DNA of 62,413 nucleotides, the filler included, from Atractiella rhizophila (taxonomy: Eukaryota): assembly GCA_021432655.1 (NCBI GenBank). It is 26 parts of 26 records of this genome, joined end to end, with 100 filler letters (N's around TTAATTAATTAA, not from the genome) between each part and the next. Parts side by side here need not be neighbours in the genome. Positions count along the whole stretch, not along the records: positions 1 to 2,361 come from MU272704.1; positions 2,462 to 4,815 come from MU272705.1; positions 4,916 to 7,260 come from MU272706.1; positions 7,361 to 9,705 come from MU272707.1; 22 more parts are not named here. One strand, written 5' to 3'. Numbering within the stretch: the stretch's first letter is position 1; the number at the start of each line of letters is the position of its first letter. Below the pieces are notes generated by a model that saw only the letters and a list, made by a program, of their open reading frames with translations, ran no database searches and had not been told where the DNA came from. Position numbers and translations under genes: made by a program. This document shows positions 1 to 9,805 of this stretch, one piece after another.

Positions 1-315
1 AGCCGGACTTCCCTAAAGAGAAGGGGAACGAAGATTTCGCGAAGTCGTTTGCATGTGCAGCTCAGGTTCTTGATGGAGCGAGATGGCCGAACGAGAGATT
101 CCACAGAAAGGTCTTGGGCGGGAGTGAAGCGACTGATGCGAAGGAGGACGGTATCTGGCAGGATGAGGATTAGGCTTGGTTTCCAGAATGAGCATACCAT
201 GTTGAATAGGGATTTCCCTCTGCAGCGATTTGAGGACCTCACGATTGAGCCTGTATTTATGCTGTCGGCTCTTCGGCAATCGTTTGTGACAAGAAGATAA
301 GGGAGGCTGGCACAA
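1..315 (-). CDS. Putative F-box protein, 5' part (runs off the window start)
   Basis: Removing a GTATGC...CTAAT...CCAG intron near 157-198 gives ...EIPIQHDTVLLRISRFTPAQDLSVESLVRPSRSIKNLSCTCKRLREIFVPLLFREVR. This resembles the fungal F-box pattern (LxxTCKxLRxxxxPLLFRxV). Start codon uncertain. Confidence 0.45.
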
Positions 316-898
316 TGCGCCAACCCTTTGTCAACATGTCCCTTACTAGTACAATTTTACGCAGAACAAAGTTTAACACGAAGGGAACAAGGCCTATCTT
401 TGGACCTGCTTGAGAGCTTCAAACTCTTGATTCAAGCGAGTGGATTGGTGATACCTGGAGTTCGCTGCCGATGCTTTTGCTAATTTTCTGTCTGCAAAAT
501 GCCGCTACATACTCTTTTGTCAAAGTTTTATATAAAAGTGATGCTGACCGTTGAGCTTGGTTGAGCACTAGTTGAGATCTAAAAGTAGAATCAATCAATG
601 CTAGTACTCTTCACCAGATGGCTATGGAGGCGTTCAGTTCGCTAAAACAACTCGCATGCATATGCATGACTTGCGCCGGATGGAACCCCTCCGTTTAGTA
701 CTTTTTCATCTGGTCTATTCTTCCTAGCTAGGATATTAATATATATATATCACCTTCTCGTCTCAATATGTCGTTTAACTTGAATGTTTGAGTAGCGAGA
801 ACGTGAACAGTTACATTTGACAACACGCCAACACTCAAAGTAATACACGACAAACCTACACCCGTTACAAGCATTGAAATATTGAGCTGCTAATCCCT

Positions 899-1736
899 TC
901 ACATCAAAATGCAGTTCCCCGCGGCTAGATTGACAGTCTGCCCGACCATGTCCATGCCCCCATTTTGGACGAACTGATTGAGCAATTCGGCTACACCTCC
1001 CTGATTCTCGGACCCATAATCCGGGGCAGCGTAGCCTGAGAAAGGGTTCATAGCAGTACCGCTGGCTGACGTTCGTTTGGCTTGTTCTACAGCTCCACTG
1101 TAGGCGTAAACAATGCTCAGAATATCGCCGTTCCATGAGGGAGGTAGAGACCAATGAATGGTGCCATCGGTGAAAGAGGCGAAGTAGAGCTCTGGTTTCG
1201 TAGGGTGTAGTTGAACGCTCTGGTGTTATAAAATTAGAACCTATGATTGAACTGGGAACAAAATTACATAGAAGCTTTTAAATCCTTGGTTCTTGATTAC
1301 CTCGAGTAATGCAGGGTATTTATCCTTCAGTTGGTAGAAATACCGGCCAGTCGAGAGTAGGACGAAATAGGTGTCATCCACTCCAAAGGAACAGGACGTC
1401 ACTGTCACGGTACCATAGTATGGTTTGAGGTACGTGGTCAAATGTCCATCCAGATCAAGGGGACAGCGCCAGCGAGAATTGGTGCTGCTGAACATAATAA
1501 ACCTCCCGTTCTGCCCCAGAGCGCCATCAGCGATAGGATAGTTATTTCCTTCGAGCCAAGCTTCTGCGTCTACGAACTCTTTCTCGAATCCTACACTTGA
1601 ACCTGGACTACTATCAGTGCCTGTCAGAAAAACGAAATAGCGACTCACGACACCAAAGTTGATTGTCCACGCCCTTCCAGGCCATAAACCATGAGTCGCT
1701 TGGACCAATGACAATTGTAACGATCGAGCCATGCAT
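899..1736 (-). CDS. Uncharacterised 3-exon fungal protein ending in a CaaX box (CILM*)
   Basis: ATG at 1736 (MHGSIVTIVIGPSDSWFMAW...). A GTGAGT...CCAG intron joins WC|RSSVGFEK and a GTAATT...CCAG intron joins KSFY|SVQLHPTKPELYF. The last exon ends NLAAGNCILM-TGA (901-899). The frame stays open across both introns. Confidence 0.65.
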
Positions 1737-2361
1737 GGTTTGGGGTCTATTGGGCTCTCTGATAAGTTGAGACTCCAGGCAAGCGGGAAGATTTTTCCTA
1801 CAACGATGGTGAGTTATTCGAATCTCCCTCACTCAGCCTAGCTGACCGTGGCACTCACCATTTTGTGAAATATTCACAAAAGAAGAAGTATCCATCTTCC
1901 GTTCTCGCGTTACTCGCAGGTGCAAATTGCATCCAACACTTTGAAAGCATTTTGTGGAAGGTAGGTTAGTTGATGTTATAAAGTCTGGCGGAGGAGCCAT
2001 TTTCCTCATGCTCAAGTACGTTTTATACGAGACGACGACAGAACGAAAAGGACGTGGGGAAGGCAGTGTGGTGGTTACGGAACGAGAGCAGAGAAAAGGC
2101 GTTCGTCGTAATAATACAATCACTTGGTGAAATATCAGGTTCCGGGAATCTTCTGGCAGTTCTTTGTTCTCGGAAGTAGAGGAAGTGACAGAGAATCTGG
2201 AGAAAATGCGCGTCCTTCAGGAAAGCAGACGATAAGAAGACATTTACGCAACGTGGAAGAGACCATAAAAACTAAGGAAAATGTTTCCACATGATGTTGG
2301 CAACACTCAGTCACTCAGTCAGATGACCTTCAGATTTTGAACCCAAGTAACTGCCAATCTC

Positions 2362-2461
2362 NNNNNNNNNNNNNNNNNNNNNNNNNNNNNNNNNNNNNNN
2401 NNNNNTTAATTAATTAANNNNNNNNNNNNNNNNNNNNNNNNNNNNNNNNNNNNNNNNNNNN
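2362..2461. other. Artificial contig spacer (first of 25 identical spacers)
   Basis: 44 N + TTAATTAATTAA (stops in all six frames) + 44 N. Also at 4816, 7261, 9706, 12145, 14583, 17019, 19444, 21868, 24289, 26704, 29112, 31517, 33921, 36322, 38720, 41115, 43505, 45887, 48269, 50650, 53027, 55387, 57735 and 60076. Confidence 0.99.
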
Positions 2462-3187
2462 TTCTTACAGAATCCATGGCATCATGGGTCCAGGAGAAGG
2501 CAATCGTTGGGTTCAGAACATGTACGTGTGTCGCCATTGTTGCTTGCCCTGTGTGCCCACTTTGCTTGTCTGCAGAATTCCAGCAACTTCTGAACTCGAA
2601 TTTGGCGTGAGGACACCTCGGTCGGAAGATTTATCGGAACTAAAGAAGAAGGTAGAGAGGTGCTTTCTGGCGGGGAAAGAAGCGACTGGGTGTGAATTGA
2701 CTGTGGAATGGACCATGGAATACAAGGGTAAGTCCCATGGGACTCAAAGACATGTGCTGATGGCGAATCGGATTGGCGACAGATTTGCGAAACAACGCTG
2801 CCTTGCAAGAAGAATACAAAAGTTACATGGAAAGTCACCAGGATGTCCCAGTAAATGTCATCGAACCTTTGGGATCGACTGATTTTGGTGATGTCTCTCA
2901 CGTCTGTCCATCTATTCACCCAATGTTCGCAATACCAGTGCAAGGTGAGAACAGCGGGAACCACACGTATGGATTCGCAAAAGCTGGTACGCAAAATTAC
3001 TCTTCGAAAAAAACCGTCAGCTGTTTACAAATGTATGACAGCCGCTACTGAGGAGGCTCACAACGAAACTCTGAAGGTGTCAGCCGGAATCGCGGTCACT
3101 GCCGCACGCGTTCTCCTCGACAGTAGCTTCGCTGCGAGGGTGAGAAACAATTTCGATACCCAAGTCTTAGGACAGGTTAATGAGTGA
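2462..3187 (+). CDS. M20 family amidohydrolase (PM20D2/Acy1L2-like), 3' part
   Basis: Spliced protein RIHGIIMGPG..NIIPATSELEFGVRTP..CFLAGKEATGC..LGSTDFGDVSHVCPSIHPMFAIP..GNHTYGFAKAAATEEAH. The GSTDxGxVS and NHTxxF motifs match this subfamily. Three short introns; stop at 3187. Confidence 0.88.
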
Positions 3188-3207
3188 CAAACTGCCATCC
3201 TTGCAAT

Positions 3208-4815
3208 CTAATCGAGGTCAATCAAATCAGTGTCATTCTCCTTCTCCTCTCTAGCCAGCTTATAGAAATATCCGCCTTCGTTCTTGACCAGTTCTTGCGG
3301 AGCATCGTATTCGACTAGCCTTCCTCCATCCAGCACAGCGATCATATCTGAAGAGTTTTCAATGGTGTGAATTCGATGGGCAACAATCTAAACGTGGGAT
3401 AAGATTCTGCATGCGAAATTCAAACTTTTTCATGCATACCAACACAGTGCAACTCCGAAAAGCGTCCCTCAGACTAACACCAATAACATGAGTTTCTTTG
3501 ATCAGATTTCAACAGCAGAAACTAGCGTACGCTTCCTGCAATGCATTTTCAGTTAGCTGGTCAATTGAGGACGTTCCCTCATCAATAGCCACAATTTTTT
3601 TGTTTCGGCTCAGCATTGCTCGTGCCAAGCAGAGTAATTGCCCTTCCACTTGTTCAGCATTCAGGCAGAGGGGACGACGCGGACTTACTCTGTCCACGAC
3701 TGAATGTATCACCGTCATTCTTGATAGTTGTGTCTAATTTGGCAGGTAATCCCTCAACATGTGCTTTCATCTATGCATGGCATGGTCTTATCAAACAACT
3801 GGTAGTTGTAATTGGGCATCTGAAAGGACGTACGTGAACACTTTCCAGCGCCTTCCAAATATCATCATCAGACCAGCAATTGGCTATGTCCAGGTTGTCA
3901 CGCAAAGACGTTGCTAGTAACACTGGATCTACATTCGCCGGTTAGAGTCTTATTGCCAAGTAGCATGGATCGTGTGGTACCTTGGGGAATTATGGTCAAC
4001 CTAGACCTGAGGGCAAGCCTTGAAATGGCAGCTATGTCGATACCATCGACTGGACACAACTTCAGGCTTTGCAATGGACAGTTGAAACGACCGTACTCTT
4101 GATTTTCCCACTCTCTATCTCTCTGAGCCTGAACAGAGAATTGATGAGAGTTGTCTTCCCACTTCCTAGCATAACGAGTCAGTTGGACTCGAAGTAATCA
4201 AAACTCTACCTGTTCGTCCACACACCCCTAGCCGTGTTCCGCCCTGAATCTCGAAATTGATGTCGTCCAAAGCCAGGTTTGCTTCATTGTTATAGCGTAC
4301 GTCGACGTGCTCGAACGCAATTCTTCCCCGTTGCGGCCATGTTGGCTCAACGGATTGGTGATCGTTGGGAAAATCCATGTCTTCTGAAGGGAGCGTGCTG
4401 TATCATGGTCAAAAACGGTTCAATAAAAACTTTGTCCCACCGGAGCTCATCCAGGCGCGCGACAGAAACCACTGAACAAGGCAAGTCATTTGGCACCGGG
4501 CCCTTCGGAGTCAATGGCTTACTTGAAACTTCCAAGAGACTGTAAGCTTGCGTAAGGAAGCCAAGGAACATTGACATGAATGTCAGTTGAATCAAAGAAA
4601 CGCCAAGAAAAGCCTTCGTTTCTGCGCTTTGTCGAGTAACTGGAGAAGCCTTTAAGTCACAAACAAGCTAACCTGTTGAAACTTACCGACAGCAAACGCT
4701 ACCAGTGACACATTGATCACGGTCGACAGGATTCCAAGGGTAGATGACAACCAGCTGAATATCATTCAGTACACGCTACGCTGAGTGGTTCACCTGCCTT
4801 CGAATAACATCCCAA
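3208..4815 (-). CDS. ABCC (MRP/YCF1-like) ABC transporter, end of TMD2 plus NBD2
   Basis: WPQRGRIAFEHVDVRY, Walker A GRTG|SGKTT, IIPQ|DPVL, signature FSRGQ|RQLLCLARAML, Walker B IVAIDEGTSSID, H-loop IVAHRIHTI. Many short introns; TAG at 3210-3208. Confidence 0.93.
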
Positions 4816-5031
4816 NNNNNNNNNNNNNNNNNNNNNNNNNNNNNNNNNNNNNNNNNNNNTTAATTAATTAANNNNNNNNNNNNNNNNNNNNNNNNNNNNN
4901 NNNNNNNNNNNNNNNGGCGAATGACACTGCTGCTGCTTGCTTGAAGTAGTCGTCGCTCACTTTGCCCTTTTCTCTGTCCACTCATCATCTTGCATCATCT
5001 TATCCTGATCCATAAAGCAGCAGCCTAAGAT

Positions 5032-7260
5032 ATGGCAGCACCGACGAGTTGTCCTGGCTTCAACACGCCCAAATGTAAAGGACTGTTGCCCGAAGGAGCA
5101 GCGAGATGTCCAACCTGTTTGAAGCAGGGTGTGACGAGCAGGTGGTGTTCCAAAGGTTCGTCTTTGGCATCCCAGCTTTAGAATTCGAGAAGGCTGATGA
5201 AATGTTGCTCTCTAGAATGCTTTGCTGATAATTGTACGTCTCCTCTTTATAGATTAAGCGACGGCTGATCCTGCTACAGTCGTGAGTGATTTGATCTCGG
5301 TTTCGTCTATATCATCTCGATTTATGTTTCTTTTCTTAATCTGATTAACTCGTTGAACAAAGGATTCCTAATTAACAGGAATACAGCTTATGTCTTTTCT
5401 TTGTAGTCAAGAAAGGCATCTCCTGCTCAACCAAGAGCATGATGTCAGTGTTGTTTGAAACACTTCTTACCTTCAAATACCGCGCTCCATTCCGCAAATT
5501 CACGCTGGGAGATGCTCTAATGCACAGATTCCGTCCACAGGTTTTCAATGATTCAAGCGAGAGAGCACATACTTTATTCGTGTGCTTTTTGCCCAAATAT
5601 AAAACGAGAGCTTTTCTAGGTCTCGCTGTATTGTATTTATGCCTAAATGTCCTGGTATCTCTTTCCATGATAAAAAAACATTTCCATTTATATCTCAACA
5701 TCGCGGTGTTACAAAATGGTACCGCTCTAACGTTATCGAATTTTGAAGATATCGATTTGTGATGATCTCTGCGTGTGATTATTCTAGCTGGTTGTACACA
5801 ATTTTGCAATCGTTCCAGTTTTGATAGATCCATCAAAGGCATTTTCGACTTATATTAGTCTCACTGCTTCAAGTTCCAAAGCAGTACGTTCCATCACATT
5901 TTCTCACACTTTTGCAGTTGCGATTGCATAGGAGTGTGTGGTCATGCAAGGAAGTCACTGTCGTTCTCCCTTACGTTTGAGTGTCGAGTTCTAAACGAGG
6001 ATTTTTCTATCTAAGCTGAACCAAGTAGCTTTACGAGATTATTACTACCTGACTCCTGAAAGCGACATTTTCAGTTTCACTGACATCTGTTGAACTAGCC
6101 GAAACACAAATTGCAACACAAAGGTGGGTAAATCTCATTCGACAGGCAGCACCTCTCACCGTGTCGCATCATTCAAGCGCACGACCCATACCCGAAAAAA
6201 GCGTACACCGGAACACTCCGAGCTTCGTTCCCAGCATCCGTTCGTTCAGTGCCATCAGACATCCAACAACGACAGGTTCCCCCTCATATCCTTAAACCAG
6301 ACTATGCAGAATCAGGTGCGTCTCCACCGTTCTCCTCGTACCAATCCTTGCTGACGGTTTGGGATTTGGGTAGGTAAGTGGGGTCGCATCAAGTATGGAA
6401 TCTCAGAAGTGGGTATGTCTGATCGACGATTTTTTATAATTGAAAGGTCAATCGAAAACGGAAATGGCAGCTCGAAATTTTGCTCCTGCTTGTTTGGATG
6501 CGAAAGGCATCGAGGGAATGCGAGAAGTCTGTCGCGTGCGTCCTCTTTTCGTTGTCATCGAGCGAGCTAAGTTGAAATGTATTTGGCGACAGTTGGCGAG
6601 AGAAGTATTGGACTTGGCTGCTAGTCACATTAAACCTGGAATCACGACCATAGAGCTGGATGAGATCGTACACAATGCTTGCATCGAGCGAGGAGCATAT
6701 CCTAGCCCGTTGAACTACATGCTCTTCCCGCGCAGTGTTTGTACAAGTGTGAACGAAGTCATCTGTCATGGTTCGTCTTTCATTATGCGCCTTGCAAAGC
6801 CGAGCTTATTCTTTCACAGGGATCCCTGATCTTCGTCCACTGGAAAAGGAGGACATCATCAACCTCGACGTGACGCTCTACCACAACGGGTGTGTCAGCT
6901 CTGATCTTCTCACGTCAGCTCAACCGACCCGAATGGTGGCAGGTTCCACGGCGATATCAACGGAACGTATCCCGTCGACGAAGCGCATACCCCTCCGGAC
7001 TCTTTACGACTCATCCGCACGGCTCGCGAGTGTCTAGATGAGGCAATAGCAATCTGTAAACCAGGAGTGCCGTATTCACAGCTCGGAAAAGTCATTGAAG
7101 GCATCGCCAATCGGGAAGGAATGGGCACTAATCGACGATATTGTGGACATGGGATAAATCAGCTCTTCCATTGCACACCAAACGTCCCGGTACGCTTTTA
7201 TTTCCCTTTCTCTCTCCCTCTGGAAATTGCTGAGTTAAGATTATGTAGCATTATGCTGCT
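5032..7260 (+). CDS. MAP1: Methionine aminopeptidase 1 (N-terminal zinc finger), 3'-truncated
   Basis: Exons 5032-5155, 5216-5233, 5280-5281, 6099-6123, 6178-6315, 6447-6535 and onward give [126 protein letters not shown]. Confidence 0.95.
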
Positions 7261-7360
7261 NNNNNNNNNNNNNNNNNNNNNNNNNNNNNNNNNNNNNNNN
7301 NNNNTTAATTAATTAANNNNNNNNNNNNNNNNNNNNNNNNNNNNNNNNNNNNNNNNNNNN

Positions 7361-7610
7361 CTGGAGTTGAAAGGTAGTGTCGCCCCCTGCTAAGGAAGAG
7401 GATTCAAAGGGGACTTGATCTTGAACGGGAACTGGTGGCCGAGGCCTGAGTTCGAGCCCTAAATGATGCCAACGAGGATCCGACTGGAGTTGAAAGGTAG
7501 TGTCGGCCCCTGCCAAGGAAGAGGAGTCAAAGGGGACTTGATCTTGAACGGGAACTGGTGGTTGAGGTGGGAGGGCAAATTGATGCCAACCCGATTTCCC
7601 TTGAAGTTGC
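7361..7610. repeat. 123-bp coding tandem repeat, about 2 copies
   Basis: CTGGAGTTGAAAGGTAGTGTCG...GGGGACTTGATCTTGAACGGGAACTGGTGG starts at 7361 and again at 7484. Confidence 0.9.
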
Positions 7611-7957
7611 ACGGATGCGTCATCAACATTTAAGAGGGTTTGGGATTCCTTTCCATCTTGATGGTCAAGGCTCCGTGGAGGACGAAGGAGCACCTGAGGG
7701 GGGTCGTGATTGGCGAGAAGTTCTGCCTGTCCACCTTGCCGTGCAGCCTTGAGGACATCTTGCCTGAGATTGTGTGTAGGACAGGACAACGAACTAGCAT
7801 GTGCTTGACGTTGGTTGGTTACGACCTGATTGGAGTGATCGTTTGGCCGATCGCGCTGCCACCACCTCTCTGCCTCTGCAAGCTTACGTAACAGAGCGCT
7901 GTTCTCCTTCCGTAACCGTTCATTTTCATTTTCCAAATCTTTGAGCCTCTCCTCCAT
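7361..7957 (-). CDS. Hypothetical protein, N-terminal coiled coil followed by 41-aa tandem repeats (truncated)
   Basis: Open from ATG 7957 (MEERLKDLENENERLRKENSALLRKL) to the contig end; PPVPVQDQVPF(D/E)SSSLAG(A/G)DTTFQLQ occurs twice. Confidence 0.45.
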
Positions 7958-9507
7958 GCTGCGATGGTCTGCATAACTGATCAGCGAGATTACGGAACGG
8001 ATTGTGAATTACCAGAAGAGGTTAGGTAGACAAATCCCTCACGGCGGATGCAACTCTCCTCTAACCCTTTCCTGCAACTCTTCTCAAAACAAATATGTTC
8101 GAAATGATCCACCTACTTTTTACAGAGAGTACACGGGAAGCGAGTTCCTTTCGGCCTCACACACTTGGTCTTCTTTCGTTCGCATTCCTACGCTATCCGT
8201 TCAGTAACAGTCTTAACCGTCGCTATACGAACCAAACAGCTGTCGCCAGGAGTCAGTAATGCAAATCGATACGTGAAAAGGAAGAGAAATGGCACCTGAA
8301 TTTGGGCCGTTTTTTCAGAGGCAGGCTCACCTCCTTTTTGTTCGGCATGCGGGAAGGACCTGAAATTGAGATGGACTCTTGATGCTTGTCTCTTGCCCCT
8401 GACTTTGTCTGAAAAACGAACATAGAACGATATAGCTGCGAAGAAGCTGAGGAAGATTGAACTCGAAAACAATGAGGTCTAAATGGAGACAACCTTGAGG
8501 GGCTTCTGGGGGGTTGCCCTCGGTCGTCTTAGGGTGACAGACTTGGCTTGCTCATGGTATTGTACCTTGAAGAACACTGCATGTAGGAGATTACCTTCCT
8601 TTCTTCTTCCTTCAGCAGAAGTTACAGCAGTAACATACCTTTCCACAAGGCATTTTCCATTGTGTTTTGTACTTAGTTAACAACAACTACTAATATGAGT
8701 GAGCACAATAAGTCTATAATTCGAAACCTTCGTCCGCTTCAGCCAAGCGTGGTAGGCTCAAAATTTCACCATAACACAGGAGATAAACCGTTTGGCCATT
8801 GGGTGGCAAACGTTCCGTGAGCTGGCTATGAATACAGTTCGCAACACAGGCAAGCATCTTAGAACGACGGTGGGAAATTACCAAGCTAGGTGAAGGCAGG
8901 ATGATGCATGAAATAACGAACCTGAAAGACAAGAAGGTTCTGGACTTTGGCAAGAATGTTCGAATATGGGCAGCCGAAGGTCGTATCTGGCTGTGAAGAT
9001 TGAAGAGGCGGGACAGCAAGGCTTTTCGTCCGATTCGCCGAAAGAAGAGAAAGAGAACAACGAGAAACAGCAGAAGGAGTTGCTGGCCACTCGCATGGTT
9101 TAGGGAGGTGAAGGCTCGCGAGCAGCAGCGCAGGTTTGCAGTCTCGGAATTGCTACACGGCTTGAAGCGGCTGCGGCGCCGGTTCGACAAGGCATTTCAG
9201 ATATGAAGGGTACTGTCTAAGCGACGCAGTCAGATAACCAAAGAGATGAAGAGCGACTCAAAAGCGAAACGGGATACAGAGGGTTTCGTGTCGTCGGCAT
9301 GCCGGAAGAACTGTCCAATGGGGAACACACTGAGATATGTACAAGATATGTACGTGGAAGCAATCAGCATCTAATCCCAGAAAAAGAGGAAGGAAGTATG
9401 GACGCAAAGAAATTGGCAGAGGAAATGCCATCAGGGTCTTGTAATCAACTGTCGCAATGAATGCCCAGTCCAACAAACATCTGGTATCCTCAAAATGAGA
9501 TACAGGC

Positions 9508-9705
9508 CTCAGAGCCTGTTTGGCAACTTCCAAGTTTGAAATTGTGGCTGGGGTGAATTGGACATGAATTGGACCCTAATCAGGCAATTCACGGTACTGT
9601 TTCGGCTGCCAAACAGTACCGTGAATTGCCTGATTAGGGTCCAATTCATGTCCAATTCACCCCAGCCACAATTTCAAACTTGGAAGTTGCCAAACAGGCT
9701 CTGAG
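9508..9705. repeat. Perfect 95-bp inverted repeat with 8-nt loop, reaching the contig end
   Basis: 9508-9602 is the exact reverse complement of 9611-9705; loop CGGCTGCC at 9603-9610. Confidence 0.95.
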
Positions 9706-9805
9706 NNNNNNNNNNNNNNNNNNNNNNNNNNNNNNNNNNNNNNNNNNNNTTAATTAATTAANNNNNNNNNNNNNNNNNNNNNNNNNNNNNNNNNNNNNNN
9801 NNNNN

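Noticed and set aside
5372..5842. ORFs of 156 aa (-) and 107 aa (+) inside the long MAP1 intron
   Set aside because: No recognisable motifs, and they overlap on opposite strands. Most likely chance ORFs.
5757..5860. C-box-like GTGATGA suggesting an intronic C/D snoRNA
   Set aside because: No CTGA D box at a suitable distance and no terminal stem.
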